DNA from: Klebsormidium nitens | Taxonomy: Eukaryota; Plantae; Klebsormidiophyceae | NCBI GenBank assembly: GCA_000708835.1 | Contig: DF237604.1 | Span: forward strand, 1 to 46,228 | Reading direction: 5' to 3' | DNA length: 46,228 nucleotides | In this document: one piece after another, positions 11,504 to 21,564 of the stretch | Layout: each line of letters starts with the position of its first letter | How positions within the stretch are numbered: position 1 is the stretch's first letter | Notes under the pieces: model-generated | Databases searched by the model: none | Told to the model about the DNA's origin: nothing | The model's input: only the letters and a program-made list of their open reading frames with translations | Made by a program: the position numbers and the translations under genes

Positions 11504-14500
11504 TTATGTTGGTCGAGCGCCCTGGTGTCGACCTGGGTTCATCATATCCTCCTCGTCAACATCAATGACCGGACGCGGCCCCCAACTCGTTCCCAGGACT
11601 TCGGCAGCCGCTGCTCCGTTCTGAGTGTTCCCATCCGTTTGAAGCGGCACTTGCTGACGTGAGTTGCCGCCAGGTTGCGCCTTCCGGCAGCAGCAACAGT
11701 ACACTACAACGATCACTATAATGATAACTACTAAACCCCCGACGCTTCCCCCAACGATTGCTCCAGTAGGTGAGCCGCCCCCCCCCGTGCCGTTGCCGGG
11801 AGCGGCTGTGGGCGCGGGCGGCGGGGCGGCATTCAATGCGCAAGTGCCGCAGCATAGAAGGTCCGAGATCGGGCTGCTCTGGGGGGGCTGTAGAACGGCG
11901 ACGCTGCTGTTGGTCGAGGGGGGGGTGGCGATGGAGCAGGGAGAGACAACTAGAGCGGGGCACCCGGAGCCGGTGCCGCAGGTGTACCCCGAAAACTGGC
12001 GGATCGTCTGCAAGAACGAAGATGGGTTAGCGTTTTGGTTTGCAGCGGTGTGGGGGCCGAAGAACGCGGAGCGGTTGGGGAACTGCTTCTCTGGTCCAAA
12101 ACGACTGAGCCTCGGAAGCAGTACATCCAAAAATATACCCAAATTGTCAACGGCTCGGTTCCAATCAGCGCCTTCCACTTTCGCAGTAACTCCATCTGAG
12201 GGCAGGTGGTCATCGCAACGGCGAGACTAGATTGTTCTCCGAAGCTTTTCAGCAAGCGAACAAGAAGAAGTGGAAGGGGCCGGTGATCTGCACGGCCGGC
12301 AGGGTGCCCCCGCTCTGGAATCCCTTCAACCAATGTTGACCAGGAACAACAATGCCCTTTGTGCATTCATATCAGGGTACAAAGCTACGGAGAGTCTCGA
12401 CCCGGGGGTGCAAACCGAGAGCGTCAGGACTCAGAATGGAGCAACGTTCCAGAAACAGGCCCTAGATCCAAGCATGGCTACGAACGAATTGTCTTGCGTG
12501 TTCTGATATTCGGGAGGAATAGTCCAACGTCGAGGCGGCGCTCCGAAACCGTCACATTGGAACGGAAAGTTTCACTTCGGAGCGGCATTGCGAGAGCGCC
12601 ACGTTGGACAGATGCGCCAAAATCGTTTCTTAAGGAGCAAGATATAGTTCAATCCGCCCTGCGTGATGCCAAACTTAAGACGTCCTGCGTGATCGCAAAT
12701 ACCGTAGCCGATTTATTGAGGAAAGTCTCACTTCGAGGCGGCATTCCGAGAGCGATACGTTGGAGCACCGCTCCAGCGTGATCCTGCTGTTCAGCTCCGC
12801 ATCCACCTCCTCCAGCGTAAAGTTTCGAAGCAGCGTGGACTGCAGCGAAAAGTCCCCCGAGGCGACGCCCACCAAGTTCCCCGACCCGTCATACACTGCG
12901 CAACACGGGAAGGGTTCCGTCGTTCACCCCTTTTTTAAAGAATCGTTAACCCAGATTTTCATTTGTGACTCCCCCGCCCCGTCAGATACTGCGCAACACA
13001 GGGGAGGCTTCGTTCACCACGTTTCTGATCGTGATGTCAGAAAGCTTCCCCGCCCAGTCGGACACTGCGCAAACACAGGGAGGTTTTCTAAACCACGTAT
13101 TATTCAAAATTTAACCCACTTCCCGCTTGTGAGACCAACCCCGCTAAAGGTAACCAATTAATACTTGAATACCTTCGCCGGTTTTGGTCAGTCGTGTGAC
13201 TTGGCGACCCCCGTGTGCGCCCAATACTCTTCTACACTCGAAGAACCAAGCCTTATAGTACGCAACACAAAACCGAGAGACTCATCTGGCAGCTTGGATG
13301 GTTAACGTGAACGTCCGATTAAAAGCTTTGGGAAATGTCCCAGAGTACGTTGGAAACTTTTTCGGACGGACCCCATTGACAACACAGCCTGCTGAGGCTC
13401 CCGGCCCCGTCGATATAAACCTCTAGAATAGGTTTAGTAAGCTTAAGTTTTAGTACTGGGACGGGTAGGGTTAGCAAGGTGGTGAGGGTGGGTACGAGTG
13501 CGGAGCGGCGGATCATTTGGGTTAAGCTTTTTAGTGTTAGCCTCGTTCTTACTAAAACTTGAGCTTACTAAAACATTTCTAGAGAGGTTTCCCGTCAATT
13601 GCCGGGAGTGGACGTGCATGTCCTACGTTAAACTCTAGAAAATCAACGACTGACGGAAGCGCCGGTTACCTGGTCTGGCTGGACTGATGACGTCCACGCG
13701 TCGCGACGCGCTCGTGTAGCGCTGTGTGAAGTAGGTTAGGTTGCTGACACCCGGGTTGTAGAAGCTCCGCGCAGCCAAAAGGTTGAAATAGGGGTACATC
13801 GATAGCAGGGCGTTTTGAAAGTCGTCCAGCTTGCCCCACACGCTGCCCGTGGCGCACGAAACCTGCTGTAGCAGCGCGTCGGACTGAGCGCTCCTCCCAA
13901 CTGCATGGCAAGAAGTGCTTCGGCGGTCGAAGGGCGTGGCATATGAAGTCGGCTCAGAGTCGTTTCGTGATGCGGAGATGAAGTTGCAGAAAGCCAAGAT
14001 TCTGGGGACACTCTCATGGGCCACGAAGTGTAAGAAGGTGCCGCGCCACGACTTTTCAGATTAGCGCGCTTCAAATCACCTCTGAAAAGCAATCTACTCA
14101 GTGATGGAAGGCATTGCGGAATCGTTGGCAGCAACTGTCTGCAGGCGCTAGCATCGCAGGATTGTAGCTGAAAGGTTTCGTGCTTCAGGCAGCTGTGTGG
14201 ACACGAGTGTTGAACACTAGAGAGTCGTTTCTTAAACCAATTCCGATATTATGGTCACACCACGGATTAATTCTTCCAAGCGTTTCCGATCAGCGCACCA
14301 TTCCAGAACTCTGTCTCGGTCCGACACAGCTAAACCCTCCCTGGTGAACGGGACTCACTGGCGCCGACAGAGAAGAAGAGGACCGTCGTCTCCTTTCTTC
14401 GAAGCTGCTGCGCTTGCACCGCTGCCGTCAGACCCGCTGCTGTCGTGTTACCCAAGCTCAGGCCGTCCGTTAAGACAAGAACCACCTGAAAGGAAAAACA

Positions 14501-17500
14501 GCACTTAGAATGCGACATTGGTTCGTTTTAACGTGAGGGATACGCCCTCACGTGGCTTCTCAGGCTCCGTAAAGGCGAACAGCATCACAACTGCCGCAAA
14601 AATGACCGAGTGGTCACGGTTGGGGCGACCGACCAGGGGGCAGTGTGGGCTTCGGGTCGCCGAACGTCACGGGTCTCAGAAGCTTCCTTTTTACCACCAG
14701 GCAAGATCAATTAATGCCAGCAGCACTGCCTCGAACCAAGAGAGTCAAACAATGGTCGACCGAATGAGCAGATTGTGCAAGCACGGTGTAAGAGATGATG
14801 AACGCTGTCAAAGCTTTCTAGAAGGTGAGATTTGGACATACAAGATCAACGACTCGGCACACAGTGCCTCTGTTGAGCATCAATTTCAGAAATCCAATCC
14901 TCAAGCACAAGCGCATTTTTATTCCATCCAGAGCCAGCTTCGTTCCACGTATTGTCTTTACGAACTTCCGAATCTGTAAAGAGTTGCATATAGCTCTTGT
15001 CAGAAGGGACGGGTGGAGAACGCGGACGTTCCGCGGGCTCCCTGATACCTCGTTCCATTAGCTCTTCGTATCCCAACAAGAAAAGTCCTACCGAACATTG
15101 ATCCCCTTGACTCATAGCCCGGGGCAAAAGTGCGGAAAAGGCAGCCGGAAACCATCTCTTTTGTTCATCCGTTTAGGCTTGACTTTCTGGAGGAAGGTAA
15201 CCTTACGGTGCTCATCATGAGATTGGAGTCCAGCTCTACCTACAGACAGGCGTGATTCTTACCCGCTCGCAAATCGTCTTCCCCAAGTCGAGCTCAAAGT
15301 CGGCGACCGTGAGCGCTTGGGTGAGCCCGGTCAACAGATCCGTCGTGCCGGAAGTGGCCGCCGTCAGATTTTGAACCGCCGCATCCAGCGCCATGATGGC
15401 TTCGTCCCCTCTGTTTACCCGGGGAACGTTGAAAGTTGTAACCTGGGCCTGGAAGCAGGGGAACGGTGGGGTTCGACACCGGAACAGCACACCGAATTAT
15501 ATCAGACCCGGTTAGCGCGTCGTTCGGGCAACTTACGTCCGGACAACATGGATCCAATCTACTCGACCCTTCACAAAAACTGATCAAGTGCGATTCTTTT
15601 GAAAGCGCATTTTCCGCGACTTTTCGTACTAAGTTCTGGATGAGTCTGCTGCCTTGTAAGGAACTTCTTGCAAAGACGACAACTGTGGCAGCAAAGTGCT
15701 GCAGTAGCTGGAGAAAGGCTCTCTGGTGGGTCGAAGTACCAAAGACGACTTGAGGAGTCGACTCGGTTGTCCTTACGTGACGGGTTCACACAGGTTTCCG
15801 AAACCATAGAAACGGATCATGACGGCCCCGCGTTCTGCTCTGGCAAAAGGAGCAATTACTTTAATACGTGCTACGAACGTGTCAATCTCCCAGGCAACAA
15901 AGCATGAACGTCGCACAGCGGATGCAAGGCAAAGCGATAACCTGATGAAGCATCCACCTCGATTTATAGAGACAGGACGTGGCTCTGATTCCGCGCCGTC
16001 TCTTTCATGAAGGATTACTCCGCCGTTCGACTGTGTAAACAGCGGAGGGGCTTCACCAGACTTTGAACTTTGAACCCCATCACATGAGCACTCTCAACGA
16101 AGCACACCGAAAGCTGTTCGCAGAATTACTTTTTACGGAAACCCTTTCAAGTTTCGGGACGGACACCGCTACCCGTTGACTGGTGAAAGTATTGGCCATG
16201 TTGCCAAGCACCGCAGTCAATCTGCTCCCACCACGCACAGCTATGGGGCTACGAGATCCGCACAAGGGTTTGACCCGGGCGGAAAGCGCTGCGGACGACT
16301 CACAAACTGTCCGTATGCTGTCGTCAGCACCTGGGGCCCCGTCGAGTTGGAAACCGTCACCACGGCGACCACGTCAAAGGCTCTCAGAGACTCGAACAGC
16401 GCCGAGACGGTCGCCTGCATCGCAGCCAGCTTCGTGACGCCGGCAGCCGTGCCGAAGGCGACCGGCGAATTCACAAAGGGCCCCAGGTCCAGCAGAAGAA
16501 CGAGCAGCTTGGTCTGGGAGGCCGCACCAGCGAACCTGATTCGTGTAGGAAAGGAGGCGGGTTAGTCTGGTAACTGACGAGTGACTTAACAGTTGAGTGA
16601 CTTAAGAAAGGCGCCCGGGGGACGGGTGGGGTTAGCCTGGTGGTTAGGGTGGGTTCGGGTGCGGAGCAGGTGATTGTTGGGTTAGGTTTTTAGTTTGCTT
16701 GTTCGGAGTTCGTAAATTTGAAGTTACTCACCCTTAAGTCACTCCGGAGTTGCCAGTATCGGCGAGTTGACTCATCTGCCAAATCTGAGCCCGTACTGAA
16801 AGTTAGGGGTGTTCCAGTGAGCTTCATGCACCATCAGTTGCGACTTTCCGTTGCGATGGCAAACAGGAAAGAGTGGCGCATCTCCATTCACCGCAAGGAC
16901 TCACAAGTACTCAGCATTGTGGGGTCTTGGGCTTCACCATCTGCTTCCAAAACTTATAAGATAACAAGTTTTTCAAATGTTGGACAAAACTAGAAAGCAC
17001 AAGACGTCAGCGGCGTGTGGAAGTCGTTAAACTTTGAGCTCCGATTGATAGCGAAGTCCAAGAAGTCGCGCACTTAGGGCAGCGCACAGGCCAGGGCAGA
17101 GGTCGGCCTTTTAAAGCGGAGGAAAGCTTTATTTGATACAAAAGTCCTTGATGCAGTCCCAACGATTTGTACTACCCCACAAATCGAAACAGGCGAGCTA
17201 CATACGAAGTCTACAGCCACAGATACGCAGCCGACCCGGAAAAATCAGGAAAATCAACCAAGGCCAGTATTGTCGACAATTCCGCCGCTGATGATTTGGT
17301 TTCAGGTCTACAGAGAGAACCTAAAACCCAGGTTGTGGCTGGAACGTGACATCCAACAAGGCATGGGCGAATCACGTTCGGGAGACGTCGCCACTTTGCC
17401 CGCTTGCAGCTTCTTGACAGCGAACTTTATTTCAGTGACAGACCAAAGGGTTCATGAGACGCTCTTCACTTTGACCTCTCTCAGAATACTGGTCGAACTG

Positions 17501-19947
17501 GCTTATAACACGGCTTGATTGTGAGCTGAAGCAAGTGAGACACTCTTTTCAAGTATGAGATCCGGTTCGAACTCCGCAGAGCTACCAAGAAAGCGGAGAG
17601 TGTTTCAGTGATTTACCAAGGCCGTCTTCGTGGGTCGTAGCTCGGAGTGCACTGCACTCCACTGCCATCGGCAAGTGCGAACTGATCGTAAGCCTGCAAG
17701 ACAGATCACAGTCTTTATAAAAGTTCCACATATTGACTTTGCTCAATGGGCAGCACTCAGCGCTGTCATTACTATCAAGAGTTCTGTATCGCAACTGGCT
17801 ACGAGCTACAAGTTGCAGATATGAAGAAATTTGTCCGGATGGCTGGGATGAGTAAGAAATGATTCAGAAGCCAGCTGCCGGATTGCTTGACCAGCAACGT
17901 ATAAGTTCCCTTTCTGGAGAAACAGACAGCCGGATAACATCAACCGGATTGTCACTGACTGAATTTTACCAACAATCTCAAGACACGTTCCACCAGATTC
18001 CTGAAATTTTACCGACAATCTCAAGACACGTTCCACCAGATTCCTGAAACTTTTGACAACTTGAGCTCCATCACCGGCAATATCCTTCACACAGAAGTGT
18101 GTCAAAACTTGGCGGCTACAAACACAAGATTCAAGCTTGAGAATTGCTAATATGTCGCAAATTCGCAGGAACTGATTCGTCCTCTGACGGATCATACGGA
18201 ACGTGCCTTACCACAGCGGGGAAGATGCGCATCACTCCTGATGCGCTGCCATAAAAGGCAAAGTCCGGAAAGTCACTGGCCAAGGGTTGAGGAACGACGG
18301 TCTTGTATCTGTTGTCTAGTGGTTTCTGGACACAGATGTCTCTCTGCAGGTAATTGGTACGCAGGCGGGCGTTCACGGCGCCTGGATTCGGGGCAGGGGC
18401 TTTCTTCACACCAACCCCATTAGGTAACCTACAAAAGAATGTAGTGGGCTGGCCAGGTGTCAAAAGGAACCAAAATCTTAACGAAAGGTATTGGCCATTC
18501 CAAATTTTTGATTGTGAAACACACGGTCATCAAGGGCCCATGAATTTCCTTTAGGCAATGGCTGCCCCAGCCCGATTGAAAGGACTAGTGGCATCCAAGG
18601 AACAGCTTCACAGACAAGGATTAGGCCCGTTCCTTGGACAGCGGCAGCTTCTTGCACGAGCTTTCTACAGTTAATAGGAGAGGTAGAAGGACGGTCTTGA
18701 ACCAAAGGCAACAATGGACTTTCTGGTATTCTGTCATCTGAAGGCTTTTCATGCCAACAACTGTGCTCTTGTAGGCCTAGGTCCTGTGCACACTCTGAGA
18801 AAAGGACAACTGCCCCCACAGACTGCTTGTCCCAACACTATGCAGAAAATCAAAGTTGGGATAGATTTTGGTCTCACCTAATGTTGGATTGTTCGTAAGA
18901 AAACAAAAGGTTGCTGCATGTCGCATTGTTGCAGGCCGGTTGTGACCCTTGCCCAATGTTGAAGCAGGCGGTTGTCATGGAAGAAACAGGTGCGAGAGTG
19001 CAAGCAAGGGCTGAGACATTTGAACCGCATGCCGCGATTGCCGCTGCAGACAAGATTGGCAAAACTTGGTCAGATACAAAAGATCTATCATAAATCTAGC
19101 TATTTGATCTGCAAATGGCTTCTTGATTATGAGACGGAAGCCTAAAACTGTACCTTACCTTGTCCAGCTGTGATGTTGGATTCGTGGAGTTCTTCCAGGA
19201 AAATAACCCTACAACTGGCCCCCACGCCGTGTCTGGAATACTCTAAGCTTTAATATTTTTCGATGTGTCACAAGCAACTCAGCATTTTACCATGAACAGT
19301 GAACAAATATCCTTGAAAAGTAAGAATCAAGTTATCTTGTCTCTTAGAGCAATTGCTTCCGAGGATTCTATCGCAGCCAGCGCAGGACCAAAGGGTAGCA
19401 ATGACCTACTTTTTCGGATTGTAAAGTGTGTGTATTAGTGGGATTCAATAGGAACACACCTGGATGCTTGGTTGCAATGCACAAACAGAGCGGAAGCACA
19501 TGCTCGCCAACGTCAAATAGGTCTCATGGCTGGCATTGCTCTGAATAGTTGTCAAACCCCGCACACAGCATTATACCCTGTTCTCTTTCTGGCAATTTTA
19601 GAAATGGTGCCTCGAGCAGATCCCATGGGAGAACTGATGCTCAAGGCGCTTGCTCTCTAGCAGCAGCCTTCACAGCGATGAATACTCTGGATATGTTGGA
19701 TTTCCCACAAGAATACAAGAGTCTATACTTAGAATACCAAGGTGGCCAACTCTGGAGTGGATCAATGGGCAAACTTACCACACGCATTCTCCTCATTGAC
19801 AGCTGCGCTGATTGCCCCTTGCACCGCAATCTGCTCCTTCTGTGCCATCACATTTGCAATGCTGCTGCCCGATGCTTGACTCCGTGCGCCAGGCCATGCC
19901 GCACTCAGGAACACGACTACAAAGCTGGCTGTCAAAGTGAAGTGCAT
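11504..19947 (-). CDS. Gene A': paralogue of gene A, alpha2-delta/CACHD1-like Cache+VWA type I membrane protein, 10 exons, 690 aa
   Basis: Exons in transcript order: 19947-19779, 19043-18878, 18428-18212, 17693-17617, 16535-16304, 15448-15263, 14485-14359, 13900-13670, 12895-12732, 12007-11504. The first nine exon lengths equal those of gene A (169, 166, 217, 77, 232, 186, 127, 231, 164), and the total is 2073 nt with no internal stop. Same motifs: YDPRRRPWF, LLLDLGPF, VVLVLTDG, YFTQRYTS, GVASGDFSL, TM helix, CCCCRK. Confidence 0.88.
12530..13080 (-). repeat. Degenerate echoes of both ends of gene A' exon 9
   Basis: The acceptor plus exon start (forward strand CCCCG.CC.GTC...ACTGCGCAA.ACA.GG) recurs at 12971-13004 and 13045-13080. 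The exon end plus donor (forward TCACTTCG.GGCGGCATT.CGAGAGCG..ACGTTGGA) recurs at about 12566-12608 and, more weakly, at 12530-12565. Confidence 0.75.
13417..13590. mobile_element. Fold-back/MITE-like element with a G-rich telomere-like core (intron 8 of A')
   Basis: 35-bp inverted repeat with 4 mismatches: CTCTAGAATAGGTTTAGTAAGCTTAAGTTTTAGTA (13421-13455) and 13550-13584. It surrounds the core GGGACGGGTAGGGTTAGCAAGGTGGTGAGGGTGGGTACGAGTGCGGAGC. No target duplication was identified. Confidence 0.65.
16567..16756. mobile_element. Second fold-back element with the same G-rich core but different arms (intron 4 of A')
   Basis: GAGTGACTTAAG (16595-16606) pairs with CTTAAGTCACTC (16733-16744), and CTGGTAACT (16567-16575) pairs with AGTTGCCAG (16748-16756, 8/9). 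The core GGGACGGGTGGGGTTAGCCTGGTGGTTAGGGTGGGTTCGGGTGCGGAGC aligns closely with the 13.46-kb core. Confidence 0.6.
17962..18047. repeat. 43-bp tandem duplication (2 copies) in intron 3 of A'
   Basis: AATTTTACC(A/G)ACAATCTCAAGACACGTTCCACCAGATTCCTGA at 17962 and 18005, with one mismatch. Confidence 0.9.
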
Positions 19948-21087
19948 TTTAGGAGCAGCAACACAAAGTGGGACCACACAGAGATTGCGAAAGATGCTCG
20001 GGCCTGGAGGAAACAATATCTGACCGCCTTTAAGAATCGTTGCAGCTGGAAGGCGCTTGCCTTGGTGATTGTTCGCACCAAATCCAATTGAGCTAGGGTC
20101 AAGGCAAATGGATGTTTGGGTACCTACTTCTTTTCCAAGGCCGTAGCGTGAGCCATGGACCTAATCATGCAGGGGGAACCCCCAACTACCTAGGTAAACC
20201 TAGGCAACCCTCTGAAGCTTACGCCGATGGTAGGTACCTATTGTTACCTTCTACTGTAGGCTACCACAGTAGGTAGGTAGGTACCGGTACCGGTATGGCG
20301 GCGTAGGCCATGATGTCGTTACTAGGTAGGTACCGTACTCCAAACTTGGCCAAGCAGCATGTGACATGGTCCCGGTACCTACGGAGTCACGAGTGGCTTT
20401 GGCCGGACTGTACAGCGTACAACATCATAGGTACCGTACCGTACGGTGCAGAAAGTGCTGAACAAAGGTACCAGACTCCAGTGTCCAGACTCGTGCTCAA
20501 AAGCGCACGGACGGTGACGGAAGTTGGAACGTAGGTACACCGTACCGTTACGTAAGTCTGCAAGTCTCAGATCCGACGTCATCGATATCAAGCAAAAGCG
20601 ATTATCTGTGCATGGCCAGCCTAACCACATACCAAAACCCTATGGTGAACTGAGGTCAGTCACAGGCTAGTGACAAACCCTATGGCGTTCCGCCAAGGGT
20701 CCGCCTTGACCCACCGTAAACGGCCATACTAACCCCACCAAGATCAGTACAACCCGAAACTGGCCGAGGCTTCTTCGGGCACCGAGTCTCATCTACCGGG
20801 TAGTAAGCGCCCGGTTCAGAATACGGACACGACGTTGGAGTTTCGCCGTCGACAAGCGGTGCCAAGTTCCAACCTACAGTACCGCTGTCCGGACCGCCTA
20901 GCCGGAAGTTGAGACTTGCAAAGTCACGAACAGGATAGGTACTGTTTTGACAAGATGAAGGCTTGCCTTTCTTTCAAACCTGTCTATGGCAGGCGTTTCG
21001 AAGCTCACAGAGCTCTGCGTTGGTTCCTTCGCTGATTCAAAACCCAGCTCCACCATCTCGTGCAACATTCTGCCATAGAATCTGGAT

Positions 21088-21564
21088 ATGGCAGGTCATG
21101 CAGTGGGCGCCGCGCTCAGTCTTGCAAAGAAGCTCTATGCAGCTATTCAGACTGTACCCCAGCTTCGAAGGCAGTGTGCCAACCTTGAGGAGGTGGTTCT
21201 CTCCTTGGAGGCGGTCATTGAGGACCTTGCCAATGCAGAAGATGATCCCAATGTGCAGGACCTCTTAGGAAAGTTGCAGGATGCACTTCAAGAAGGCCTG
21301 GACATTGTGCAGCAGGGGGAAGGGAAGGGGCTCCACGATTGGGCACGCCTTGTTTTCCAGGGAGAAAATGTGGCAAGGAAATTGGCTGCTGTTTCGGGCC
21401 GCATAGAGCTGGGCCTAACTAGCCTGCTTCCTGGGATGAAGGGTCAAATGGGGAAGATTAATAAGGATGTGGCTGAAGTAAATGCACAACTCAGGGAGTT
21501 GAAGGAGCAACTGAACAGGATTGCTGAGGCTATTGACGAGAACAGGGCTGAGATATCTGATCGG
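21088..21564 (+). other. N-terminal four-helix-bundle domain (MLKL-NTD/RPW8/MCAfunc/UND-like) of gene B
   Basis: MAGHAVGAALSLAKKLYAAIQTVPQLRRQCANLEEVVLSLEAVIEDL...LQDALQEGLDIVQQ...ARLVFQGENVARKLAAVSGRIELGL matches the helix pattern of these domains (QC..L motif; L..AL.EG..IV). Assigned by eye. Confidence 0.65.
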
